DNA of 64,000 nt from Lentisphaerota bacterium (GCA_015061625.1 SUWG01000008.1:11298-75297); one strand, 5' to 3'; counted from the stretch's first letter, positions 24,733-33,325 are shown. The notes: generated by a model not told the origin, from the sequence alone. Translations and numbers: made by a program.

Positions 24733-25728
24733 ATGAAAAATCTGAAGAGTGAAAAAAGTTTCCGGCATGCCGGAGTGAAGTCATTTGACTTCACTCTTAT
24801 TGAACTTCTCGTAAGCACTGTTATCTCATCATTGCATTTTTTGACACAAAAAACTGCGATTGAAACTAAACAAAGAATACCGCTTTTCTTTGAAAGCGAA
24901 AGGGGGCGCGGGGGAAAGGGAAAACTCTCTTTTCCCGTGAAAAGAAAGTTTTCCTTGTCCACCGCACACTCATTTACTTTAATAGAACTGCTCGTCGTCA
25001 TTGCCATCATCGCCATTTTAGCGGCGATCCTGCTTCCCGCCCTCAATTCCGCCCGTGAACGCGGGAGAGCTGCCAGTTGCATAAACAACCTTAAGCAGAT
25101 GGGCAGTTTTAATGGAATGTATATGAATGACTCTGATTACTATGTGCCGCGTCAGGGAGCATCCGGAACTTACAGTTGGATACCGCTCTTGGCACGTTAT
25201 GCCGGATATGATGTCCGCGTCAATGCCTCCATGCAGTACCATGTGCCGAAAACACTGGATATGCCCATCTTCCAGTGTCCCAGTGCCTCCAAACTTTCCA
25301 ACGTGACTGTCGGTGGCTCCTCTTACTGCGGCACCGGCACCAATTATACTTCAAATCAGTTTGTTACCGGTAAAGACTGGTGTGAGTACAAAGGCGATCC
25401 TCACAATAATAACTCCAGTAAGGCCGGGGCCATCAAACGGGCAAGTCAGATTTATCTCTTTTTGGAACACGCGGAACTTGATACGCCCTGGTACGGAGGC
25501 GTGGATGCCAGCGGTTACGATAGAGTCGGTTACCGTCATCCCGGTGGAGATATTCAGATTTATGATAAAGCCAAAAAAGGGGATGATGTTCCCGCAAGTG
25601 CCGGTATGAATGTGGTCATGTGCGACGGCAGTGTGAGAACTGTCCACGGCAATATCTGTCTGGATAGCAGCGATGACGGTTCGTGGAACGCCAAGAAAAT
25701 GAATTGGGCGGACGAATACGACAAATAA
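24733..25728 (+). CDS. Prepilin-type N-terminal cleavage/methylation-domain (pseudopilin-like, H-X9-DG type) protein
   Basis: '[44 protein letters not shown]', C-terminal '[13 protein letters not shown]'. ATG 24733 has AAGGAG 7 nt upstream. An in-frame GTG at 24937 would give the more typical short leader '[12 protein letters not shown]'. Confidence 0.75.
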   Translation: MKNLKSEKSFRHAGVKSFDFTLIELLVSTVISSLHFLTQKTAIETKQRIPLFFESERGRGGKGKLSFPVKRKFSLSTAHSFTLIELLVVIAIIAILAAILLPALNSARERGRAASCINNLKQMGSFNGMYMNDSDYYVPRQGASGTYSWIPLLARYAGYDVRVNASMQYHVPKTLDMPIFQCPSASKLSNVTVGGSSYCGTGTNYTSNQFVTGKDWCEYKGDPHNNNSSKAGAIKRASQIYLFLEHAELDTPWYGGVDASGYDRVGYRHPGGDIQIYDKAKKGDDVPASAGMNVVMCDGSVRTVHGNICLDSSDDGSWNAKKMNWADEYDK

Positions 25729-25781
25729 TTTTCCAAAAATAAGGTAATCAACTCTTAACTTTTACATAAACAGGAGAAAAG

Positions 25782-27494
25782 ATGAAAAAAATCATTTCAT
25801 TATTCGCCGCTGCAACAGTTTTTGCCGCTGTTGCCGGAGACAGTTATTACCAGGTGCCGCGAGTGAAGCTGATTCACGACGGATGGGGATTGCAATATCA
25901 GGGCCTCCCCGCCGGTGCGACTCCTGACCGCCGGTTTCAGATGACCACGGAGTACATCAAAAATAATGTGCGGATGCTGGAAAGTTCCATCCCCGGCAAC
26001 GGTATCGTTATCCGTTTTATCACAGATGCTTCCAAATGTGAAGGCCAGCCGGTCAGCATCAATGCGATTTTCGGTGGCAGAAGGCTCAAATATGAGTATT
26101 TTCTGGACGATATCGCCAATCTCAAAAATACCGGATTTGAAAAATTCACCGACAACTTCCTCGGCCTGACTGTCAGTCCCGGTAACGTGGATTGGTTCGA
26201 TGATGAAGCCTGGGCAACCGTTTGCCACAACCATAAAATTGCCGCCCGTGTCGCCAAAGAGGCCGGTCTGGTCGGTATGAAATTTGACATTGAAGAGTAT
26301 CACCGTAACACTATGTGGCAATTCAATCCGGAAAAAGGCAGAACTCTTGCCGAAACTCACGTCAAGATCCGTCAGCGCGGTCAGGAATTCGGCAGAGCGA
26401 TTTTCAGCGAATTTCCCGATATGGAAATGCTCTGCTACTGGTGGCTTTCTCTTTGCAGACACAAAAACGATCCATCCCGGCCGGAAGAGGCGGAATATAT
26501 GGTCGCCGCTTTTGTCAACGGTATCTATGATGTGCTTCCGCCCACGGTCAAAATCCATGACGGCGATGAAAGTTGTGCTTATCGCGCGAATAATGAAGTG
26601 GAATTTTATCACCTCGCTATCGACGTCAAAAAACATTTTCTCCGTTTTATCGACCCCAAAAACCTGGCCAAATACCGGGCTCAAACCTTTGTTGCACCGG
26701 GAATTTACGTTGACCCCCACTTTGCCGAAAGTTACAATTACTGGAATAATCAACTGCTTCCGGATCTGGAAGTCCTCGGCGGAGCCCAGTTGTTGAAACG
26801 CAATCTTATCCATGCTATGGAAGTGGCGGATCAATATGTCTGGATGTGGCATGAGCGTTATGTCTGGTTCCCCAGTCACCATCCGGCCAAACCGATCTGC
26901 ATTTCCTCCGTTGCCCCGTCGGTCACTGCTGAACTTGATCTGATCGCCAGTCAGAATCAGGTCGCGGATGCGTTGGCACTCATTGCCGCCCGTAATTTGA
27001 GTAATATCATTTACAATTCGGCTTTCGATAAATTGCCGGAAAATGGTCAGGTCATTCCCGGATTTGCGGCTTGGCACGGTGCGAGAAATCAGGGGACTTT
27101 CTTCCGCAAAGAGATCAACGGCAACGCTGTTGTTGCGGCAAGAGATGTGATCAACGGCTGTATTTATCAGAGCCGTCCGGTTAAGCCGGGGCAAATGTAT
27201 CTGGTTCGCTGTACAGCGTGGAACATCTCACCGGGCAGCAGAGCCAATGCGATATTCAGTGTCAAATGGAAAAGAAATTTCATCCGTGCGGGCAAACCTT
27301 TTGTCGATCGTTTTGCCGATTATCTTAACCGGCAGCATATTTTCCGCCGGCAGGGCGATAAGCCGGAAACGGTGGTGTTTGTGGTCACAGTGCCGGAAAA
27401 TGCCGAATTTCTGGAAGTAATGCTCAGCGTCACCAATGGCAATGGTCAGGAAATCTATTTCGATAACGTTGAACTTTACCGGATAATGGATTAA
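25782..27494 (+). CDS. Secreted hypothetical protein with C-terminal CBM4_9-like jelly-roll
   Basis: Signal peptide 'MKKIISLFAAATVFAAVAG'. The C-terminal ~150 aa end in 'IYFDNVELYRI', a typical CBM-type last strand. AGGAG lies upstream. Confidence 0.5.
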   Translation: MKKIISLFAAATVFAAVAGDSYYQVPRVKLIHDGWGLQYQGLPAGATPDRRFQMTTEYIKNNVRMLESSIPGNGIVIRFITDASKCEGQPVSINAIFGGRRLKYEYFLDDIANLKNTGFEKFTDNFLGLTVSPGNVDWFDDEAWATVCHNHKIAARVAKEAGLVGMKFDIEEYHRNTMWQFNPEKGRTLAETHVKIRQRGQEFGRAIFSEFPDMEMLCYWWLSLCRHKNDPSRPEEAEYMVAAFVNGIYDVLPPTVKIHDGDESCAYRANNEVEFYHLAIDVKKHFLRFIDPKNLAKYRAQTFVAPGIYVDPHFAESYNYWNNQLLPDLEVLGGAQLLKRNLIHAMEVADQYVWMWHERYVWFPSHHPAKPICISSVAPSVTAELDLIASQNQVADALALIAARNLSNIIYNSAFDKLPENGQVIPGFAAWHGARNQGTFFRKEINGNAVVAARDVINGCIYQSRPVKPGQMYLVRCTAWNISPGSRANAIFSVKWKRNFIRAGKPFVDRFADYLNRQHIFRRQGDKPETVVFVVTVPENAEFLEVMLSVTNGNGQEIYFDNVELYRIMD

Positions 27495-27497
27495 AAA

Positions 27498-27983
27498 ATG
27501 GTAATTGTCAGAGAATTTACCGACACCGATGCCCTTCAGGCATCGGTGATTTACTTTGAAAGTTTCAAATCCTACTTGAAAGAACGGATGGAAATTTCTG
27601 CTCCGCAACCGGCGGGGTATTGGCTTGACAATATGCGCCATACGGTGAACAGTGATTATGAAAATATCAGTTTTGTGGCTGAAATCGACAATAAACTTGT
27701 CGGTTGTATAACTGTTTCGGCCGCATTGAAACGGCGTTTGGGGACATTGGTGAGGATCGGAGTTCTGCCGGAATGTGCCGGTAAAGGTGTGGGCAAAAAA
27801 CTTTTTGCAGCGGCAGATGAGTTCTGGCGGCAGAGAAATATGCGCAAAGTTGCATCTTGCGTATCTTCGATCAATCCCGGAGCGTTGAAATTTTACCAAA
27901 GTTGCGGATTTCATGTGGAAGGCACGCTCAAAGACCACTTCTTTGAAGGCGTGGATGAACATCAAATCGCCTTGTTTTACTGA
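27498..27983 (+). CDS. GNAT family N-acetyltransferase
   Basis: 'RIGVLPECAGKGVGKKLFAAADEFW' (acetyl-CoA loop Q/RxxGxG/A) and 'GALKFYQSCGFHVEG'. Confidence 0.85.
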   Translation: MVIVREFTDTDALQASVIYFESFKSYLKERMEISAPQPAGYWLDNMRHTVNSDYENISFVAEIDNKLVGCITVSAALKRRLGTLVRIGVLPECAGKGVGKKLFAAADEFWRQRNMRKVASCVSSINPGALKFYQSCGFHVEGTLKDHFFEGVDEHQIALFY

Positions 27984-28034
27984 TCGTTTTCCAAAAAATG
28001 GGAATTGCTTTTATCGTTGACGATAAAAGCAATT
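27864..28034. repeat. Direct repeat copy 1 (GNAT 3' end plus terminator hairpin)
   Basis: Aligns with 30102-30273. By eye there are about four substitutions and one 1-nt indel. Confidence 0.9.
27993..28034 (-). terminator. Intrinsic terminator for the GH172 gene (hairpin family copy A)
   Basis: Stem AATTGCTTTTATCG (28003-28016) / CGATAAAAGCAATT (28021-28034), loop TTGA. On the minus strand it is followed by ATTTTTTGG. Confidence 0.6.
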
Positions 28035-28071
28035 GCGGTCTGTCGCAGTCTGTCGCGGAACCGGATCAGGC

Positions 28072-29181
28072 TTATATGATTTCCAAACCCTGTTTGCCGG
28101 GTAATTCGGGCAGGGCGGGGGATGGATTTTGCTGATACCAGAATGCAGTGGCAGAAATGTCATCCTGCAGCGGATTGTAGAATTTCCCCTCATTATCGCC
28201 GAGTTTCCAGCCCAGAGCCTGGATCGTCACCCGGAGTTTTTTGCGGAAACGCACCGGGTCACAGACGTGCCAGCGGTAAAGACTGAAACGTTGTTGTGAA
28301 TTATATAACCCATCGGGACGGATTACTTGCGGCAAACCGGCATAAGGAGTGCAAAATTCACAATACTGTCTTTTGCCGTCGGCACTCAATTTGCGGTCAA
28401 AATTGTAGGAACCGCAGAAGTAATCTTCTGTGCCGGTGCCGCAGATGGTCGGAAATTCACCGTCATCGTCGATGTAGAATTTGATTTCTCCTTCGCCCCA
28501 CCATCCGCAGTTATTCACGCCCCATGCCAGATAAGTGCCGACATAATGTCCCCAACCGGTGATATTATCGGCGATCGTGACTGTTTCCTTGTATTTCAAT
28601 GGGTTGAATCGGCGGAAACTGGCGCAGAAATAGGCGCAGTCATCCGGCACACCGGTCAGGGTGTAGTCGATTTGATAATAGAGGACGAGTTTTTCATGAT
28701 CCATATTGGTCAGGGTGATTTTGCAATGTTTCCGGAAGGGCATTTCCCAGTAGCAGTTGAATGCACTGCCGGGATTGTGGGTAACCATCAGGCTGTTGAG
28801 CGGGGAAAAATACTCCTGCGGCCATGCGGTGGCGAAAAAGTCCCCGACCGGACATTCGATTGCCGGAGTGTCGCTGTTTTCATAATAGACCCGGAGAATG
28901 TAAAAGCGGTTGTGCCTGCCGGCAGCTGTCATCCAGATATGTTGGATCGCTCCGGGGCCGTCGATCTCTGCGAGGGTGAATGTTTCTCCGCTTCCAATGA
29001 CGATACTTGGTGAAATTTTCCATCCCACTCCGAGTTCAGTGGCGGGGTGGGCGCCGGTTCCGGTGGTGGCCATGCCGCCTTTACCGGGTTCACCGGTGAA
29101 ATTTTCCGGTGAGATGGAACGGCTTAATGCGTTGGAAAGCCGGGAAAGATTTCCGGGATTCATACCGAGACCGTTAAACAT
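28072..29181 (-). CDS. DUF2961 / GH172 family glycoside hydrolase
   Basis: 'LSRLSNALSRSISPENFTGEPGKGG...GETFTLAEIDGPGAIQHIWMT' is the characteristic DUF2961 N-terminus. GGAGGA lies upstream. Confidence 0.8.
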   Translation of the reverse strand: MFNGLGMNPGNLSRLSNALSRSISPENFTGEPGKGGMATTGTGAHPATELGVGWKISPSIVIGSGETFTLAEIDGPGAIQHIWMTAAGRHNRFYILRVYYENSDTPAIECPVGDFFATAWPQEYFSPLNSLMVTHNPGSAFNCYWEMPFRKHCKITLTNMDHEKLVLYYQIDYTLTGVPDDCAYFCASFRRFNPLKYKETVTIADNITGWGHYVGTYLAWGVNNCGWWGEGEIKFYIDDDGEFPTICGTGTEDYFCGSYNFDRKLSADGKRQYCEFCTPYAGLPQVIRPDGLYNSQQRFSLYRWHVCDPVRFRKKLRVTIQALGWKLGDNEGKFYNPLQDDISATAFWYQQNPSPALPELPGKQGLEII

Positions 29182-29291
29182 TTTTTTTCCTCCTGCACAG
29201 TGTGGTTGAAAATCCGGTTGAATAAATCTGGTGTATGCTGTATATTATACTGCAAAATTCAGATAATTTGAATAGAGAATCTTAAAAAAAC

Positions 29292-30185
29292 ATGGATGAT
29301 CTTATAAAAAATCGCAGAATTTTTCATTACCGCTACTGGGAGGCCATATCCGGCGGAGATTTTCAGGTACGCGGTATCGGCGGGGAAGAATTCATGCCGC
29401 CGGGGATGGTTTTCCGCCGGCACGGCACTCCGGATTGGATGTTGATGCTTTATACTCCGGGGTGTGTGGTGACGTTTCAAGGCCGTCCGGTAGTGATAAA
29501 AGAAGATACTCTGGGTATATTTCCTCCGGGAACAGAACACTGTTACGGAAATGATGAAGCGGTATGGAGTCACTCATGGATGCACGTTTGCGGCGGGGAA
29601 ATGGATTTGCTGATGCAGAAATATCCCCGGCTGATCAATACGCCATTGCCCTACGGTCACCGGGCATTTTTGCGGCATCTGGATTATATGGCCGGAGAAT
29701 TCCGTTGCCGTCGGCGGGATTCATGGCAGGTGTGTCGCAATACAGTGACGCATTTGCTTATGGAAGTTGCTGATTACAGCCGTAATGATAAGAATATTCC
29801 CGAAAGAATGTTGAAACTCCGGGGATTTATGGAGAAAAATTATTTGAAACCCCTGACACTTGAAAAATTGGCTCATTATATTTCGGTGTCTGTGCCGTTA
29901 TTGTCGATGGAATTTAAGAAGAGTTTCGGCATTTCTCCGATAGCCTGCTTGCAGGAGATCCGCTTGCGGCACAGCCTTTATTATCTGTCGGATTTGAATC
30001 TTTCCATTGAGGATGTGGCGAACCGTTGCGGATTTCGTGATCCGTTTTATTTTTCCAGGCTTTTCCGTCGCAAATATGGTCAGCCGCCCAGCATCTACCG
30101 CTCTTCGATCAATCACGGAGCGTTGAATTTTTACCAAAGTTGCGGATTTCATGTGGAAGGCACGCTCAAAGACCACTTTTTTTGA
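29292..30185 (+). CDS. AraC family regulator (cupin plus HTH) with a chimeric GNAT-derived C-terminal tail
   Basis: 'LEKLAHYISVSVPLLSMEFKKSFGISP...IEDVANRCGFRDPFYFSRLFRRKYGQPPSIYRSS', then 'INHGALNFYQSCGFHVEGTLKDHFF', which copies the GNAT C-terminus. Confidence 0.8.
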   Translation: MDDLIKNRRIFHYRYWEAISGGDFQVRGIGGEEFMPPGMVFRRHGTPDWMLMLYTPGCVVTFQGRPVVIKEDTLGIFPPGTEHCYGNDEAVWSHSWMHVCGGEMDLLMQKYPRLINTPLPYGHRAFLRHLDYMAGEFRCRRRDSWQVCRNTVTHLLMEVADYSRNDKNIPERMLKLRGFMEKNYLKPLTLEKLAHYISVSVPLLSMEFKKSFGISPIACLQEIRLRHSLYYLSDLNLSIEDVANRCGFRDPFYFSRLFRRKYGQPPSIYRSSINHGALNFYQSCGFHVEGTLKDHFF

Positions 30186-30222
30186 AGGCGTGGATGAACA
30201 TCAAATCGCCTTGTTTTACTGA
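30102..30222 (+). pseudogene. Fragment of the GNAT 3' end, fused to the AraC gene and frame-broken
   Basis: Copies GNAT codons 'SSIN...KDHFF'. A T7 run (30177-30183, against TTCTTT in the intact gene) creates TGA at 30183-30185, so the remaining 'EGVDEHQIALFY' is out of frame. Confidence 0.7.
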
Positions 30223-30273
30223 TCGTTTTCCAAAAAATCGGAATTGCTTTTATCGTTGACGATAAAAGCAATT
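30102..30273. repeat. Direct repeat copy 2
   Basis: Near-identical to 27864-28034 and lies 2238 bp downstream of copy 1. Confidence 0.9.
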
Positions 30274-30276
30274 CCG
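30232..30276 (-). terminator. Intrinsic terminator hairpin (family copy B)
   Basis: Perfect 17-bp stem CGGAATTGCTTTTATCG (30239-30255) / CGATAAAAGCAATTCCG (30260-30276), loop TTGA. On the minus strand it is followed by ATTTTTTGG. Confidence 0.5.
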
Positions 30277-30384
30277 TCAAAAGTTTTTGGCAGATGGGGG
30301 GCGAAAGAAGATAACCTTTTTTCAAAAAGGCATCTTCTTTCGCAAAACAATTTTGCAACAGCCACCCCGGTAAGAAAAATCCGG

Positions 30385-30516
30385 TTATTTGGCAACCCAT
30401 GTTTCACACGGAACGTGTCTTTTGGGCTGGGGATTCTGGTGATTGCGGGCGGTGCCGCATCCACTGCAGATAACCGCAATGGAAAAAAGAATGCTCAAAA
30501 AGATGAATTTTTTCAT
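30385..30516 (-). CDS. Possible 43-aa small secreted or lipoprotein ORF (below the track cut-off)
   Basis: My own translation is MKKFIFLSILFSIAVICSGCGTARNHQNPQPKRHVPCETWVAK*. The ATG lies 14 nt after the upstream stop, with AGGAAA before it. It has a signal-peptide-like N-terminus with an SGC lipobox-like site. There is no homology evidence. Confidence 0.3.
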   Translation of the reverse strand: MKKFIFLSILFSIAVICSGCGTARNHQNPQPKRHVPCETWVAK

Positions 30517-30530
30517 GATTTAATTTCCTG

Positions 30531-31922
30531 TCAACGATATTGGCTTGAATTCAGAATATAGACAAAAGCCGGGCCGTCGGCTTCGACGGTAAGGTCATCG
30601 GGATTATTCGGTCTGCTCCAGATGTGATTGGCATCCGGTATCCAGGTGAAAATTTCGCTGCCGGAGATCAAACCGGGATATTCCGGATGTTCCATACCGG
30701 CAGTCCATTTGGCCGAACCGTCGGCTTGCAGAGTGAATCCCGGAGCGGCGACCCATTCGCCCTCTTTTTCACCGGCAAGGAGACCGACTTTCATCCGGTT
30801 GGGCAGTCCGGCTTCCCAGTTGAGTTGACCCAGTTGCTGATAGAGGGCGATTGCCTCATCCAGTTTTTTGGCTCTGGGGTCATTGCTGATGAAACGGCGG
30901 ACCATTTCGACAGTAGCGGTATTATTCCGCAGATATTCTGCCATGACCAGACGGATGAATTCCTGAAAAACCTCATCGCCGGTATTTTGGAAAATGATAT
31001 CTCTGACCGCACTGTAATTTTCAGGAGCGAGGGGGATCTGGGCAAGTTGGGCCTGGAGAGCATCGATTTCAGACTGGATTCTTTCTTCCTGAAATTTGTC
31101 GGCGGCATTGGCTTTGGCTTCTTCTTTGGCGGCAATTTGTCTTTGCACTTCGGCACGCTGTGAATCCAAAGCACCTTGCTCTTTGGAAAATGCTCCGAAA
31201 AATCCGCAGAATTCCCGGATGCTCAAGCCTTCCATCTGGCCGATCAGGTATTCCAGAATATCCGCTCTGCGTTTTTTGACAGCGAGGGAGAGAATGCAGA
31301 ATGAGGTTCGGGGAGAACTGACAAAGCGGATCTCATTGGTTCTCTGGTGACGGCCCAGAGCAAATGAGACAAAGGGCATTTTATGCATTTTAGCGGCGTA
31401 GGATTGGATGAGCCATTCATACATCCCCAAGGAGAGTTCCGGCTGATCGTTGTCTTTGGTCTCATTGAGCCGGTATTGCTCAAAGGCACTGCTGATGATG
31501 AATACGCCCTGATGAGAGGTGTGAAGCGGCCAGAATTGACGGATAACTTCCATATCGGCGTACTCGATAAAAATATGCCAGGATTCGGGATAGGCGATCG
31601 CTTCCATGATGACTTGCAACTGTTGATCGACCGAAGTGCCGCGTGCTTTGGCATTGGTCAGGCAGTCACGCATTGCGGCAATTCTGGCATCTCTGCGGCC
31701 CTGTTCTCTGAATCTGGCACGGTCAAGGGCGATGCGGGTCTGGCGGGCCAATTGTTTGGCTCCGGCGGTGTAGGCATCGACACATGAGGTTTTGGAGCAG
31801 AATGGAGTGCCATCCGGTGATTCAAAATTTTCGTTGCAGTGAGGACATTTTTTCACTGCGGCGTAGGCGGCGACAGAGGAGATGATCGCTGCCAGCAACA
31901 AACATTTTTTCATTTTTTTCAT
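30531..31922 (-). CDS. Secreted hypothetical protein (signal peptide, CxxC...C motif, central coiled coil)
   Basis: 'MKKMKKCLLLAAIISSVAAYA', then 'KKCPHCNENFESPDGTPFCSKTSC'. Coiled-coil stretch 'QRAEVQRQIAAKEEAKANAADKFQEERIQSEIDALQAQLAQ'. No family recognised. Confidence 0.6.
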   Translation of the reverse strand: MKKMKKCLLLAAIISSVAAYAAVKKCPHCNENFESPDGTPFCSKTSCVDAYTAGAKQLARQTRIALDRARFREQGRRDARIAAMRDCLTNAKARGTSVDQQLQVIMEAIAYPESWHIFIEYADMEVIRQFWPLHTSHQGVFIISSAFEQYRLNETKDNDQPELSLGMYEWLIQSYAAKMHKMPFVSFALGRHQRTNEIRFVSSPRTSFCILSLAVKKRRADILEYLIGQMEGLSIREFCGFFGAFSKEQGALDSQRAEVQRQIAAKEEAKANAADKFQEERIQSEIDALQAQLAQIPLAPENYSAVRDIIFQNTGDEVFQEFIRLVMAEYLRNNTATVEMVRRFISNDPRAKKLDEAIALYQQLGQLNWEAGLPNRMKVGLLAGEKEGEWVAAPGFTLQADGSAKWTAGMEHPEYPGLISGSEIFTWIPDANHIWSRPNNPDDLTVEADGPAFVYILNSSQYR

Positions 31923-32128
31923 TTTCCCTGTTTTTAGATTAATCTCCTGTCAATGATACCTCCATGGTATCTTTGCTTGAGTTTAATATAGCGTAAGTTT
32001 TTTTTTTCAAGCACTTACTCTTTTTATGACGTGAATTTTTGTGAACGGCAGACTTTTATTATGTCAGGGCAGGCATAAAAGATTTCAAGAATTTTTGAAA
32101 CTGTCACTGTTTAAAAAGAAAAACTTAT

Positions 32129-32173
32129 AAAAAAATGGGAATTGCTTTTATCGTTGGCGATAAAAGCAATTCC
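32129..32173 (-). terminator. Intrinsic terminator for 32228..33088 (hairpin family copy C)
   Basis: 16-bp stem GGAATTGCTTTTATCG (32138-32153) / CGATAAAAGCAATTCC (32158-32173), loop TTGG. On the minus strand it is followed by a T7 run. Confidence 0.6.
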
Positions 32174-32227
32174 GGCAAAAGTTTTTGGGCAGATGTTTTG
32201 CCCACCCATGGGGGGAGTTGCAGTAAA

Positions 32228-33088
32228 TTATTCGGCTTTGGCGGCGTTGAGTCCGGAAATGTTTACTTCACTGCCGGGCAGTACCCGGAATACCGGACGC
32301 ACCAGCACGACTTCATCTTTTCCGGCAGGCTGATTGACCGTCAACACCGGAAATGCGGTGATCTCACCATCCACGGCGATCTCCTGACCGGTAAGAACCA
32401 GCCAGCCGCGGCGGCGGTTGTAAAGATGCAGACCGACAAAAATTTTGCCTTTACCGGAAACTTTTCCGGAAAAACTGATTTTTTCACCCGCTTTGGCCGC
32501 GGTAAAAGGCGCAAGCATTTCCACGCGTTGACCGGCGGCGGTGATGATGCTCAAGATGTCATTTTCCAATACGCATCTGATCGCTTTGCTGGCGTTGTGG
32601 CTCCAACCGGCAAGGGTCGGGGCGGCGGCGGCATTGCCGCTCTCCACCGAACCTTTGACCCGGATGGCAAGTTTTTCGATTTTGACCGTGCCGGAGTAAA
32701 TGGAGATCAGCGGCAGAACTGATACGATGCCCGCTTTATCCACCGTTACTTCCGCCTTGACGGTTTCACATTCTTCGGCATCGACCCGGATCATCCGGCT
32801 GGAAACGTTGCCGCTCCATGTGCGGCGTGAGTTGTAAAGGTGCGCTCCCAGCTGGATATTGCCGCTGCCGGAAACTTCGGCGGTCACTTCCAGAATCGCT
32901 CCCTGATAAACGGTAGTATATCCGCTTTTGGGATAAAGCTGTATCCGGGTGCGGCTTTGGGGGCTGACGGTATAGATGCCATTTTCTTCAGTTACTTCCG
33001 CCGGATTTTTCTGTCCGGAAATATTCATGTTTCCGGCGAATAAAGCGGCAGAAAAAAGAGTTGCTGTCAGTAAAAAGATCTTTTTCAT
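32228..33088 (-). CDS. Secreted protein with two CBM-like repeats
   Basis: Signal peptide 'MKKIFLLTATLFSAALFAG'. Internal duplication 'GSGNIQLGAHLYNSRRTWSGN' / 'GKGKIFVGLHLYNRRRGWLVL'. Confidence 0.6.
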   Translation of the reverse strand: MKKIFLLTATLFSAALFAGNMNISGQKNPAEVTEENGIYTVSPQSRTRIQLYPKSGYTTVYQGAILEVTAEVSGSGNIQLGAHLYNSRRTWSGNVSSRMIRVDAEECETVKAEVTVDKAGIVSVLPLISIYSGTVKIEKLAIRVKGSVESGNAAAAPTLAGWSHNASKAIRCVLENDILSIITAAGQRVEMLAPFTAAKAGEKISFSGKVSGKGKIFVGLHLYNRRRGWLVLTGQEIAVDGEITAFPVLTVNQPAGKDEVVLVRPVFRVLPGSEVNISGLNAAKAE

Positions 33089-33325
33089 AACATTATCTCC
33101 TTTTTTTGAATTGTTTTTGAGATTACCTCTTCAGTTTTTAATTCAGCATTCGCAGTTGCGGCCTTCCGCTCAAATGTTGCGCTGTCGCACAACTTCGCTT
33201 ACGGCCGGTGGTGTCGGTGCAGTTCGCACCGACTTTCTGCGCGTTGCTTATTTTCGCCGCTTATGGCGGCGACAAGCGTTCCGCCGCTTGAGCACGTCCG
33301 GGTAAGCACCCGGCGGCAGATTTTT

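Noticed and set aside
25800-27194. 464-aa minus-strand ORF
   Set aside because: It is antisense to 25782..27494, which has an SD sequence, a signal peptide and a CBM-like end. No motif is recognisable in the antisense translation.
30149-30561. Track ORFs 30149..30400, 30216..30479 (minus) and 30244..30561 (plus)
   Set aside because: They span the repeat copy, two strong hairpins and an intergenic region. They show no motifs and poor start contexts. Only the short signal-peptide ORF at 30385..30516 seemed worth reporting, at low confidence.
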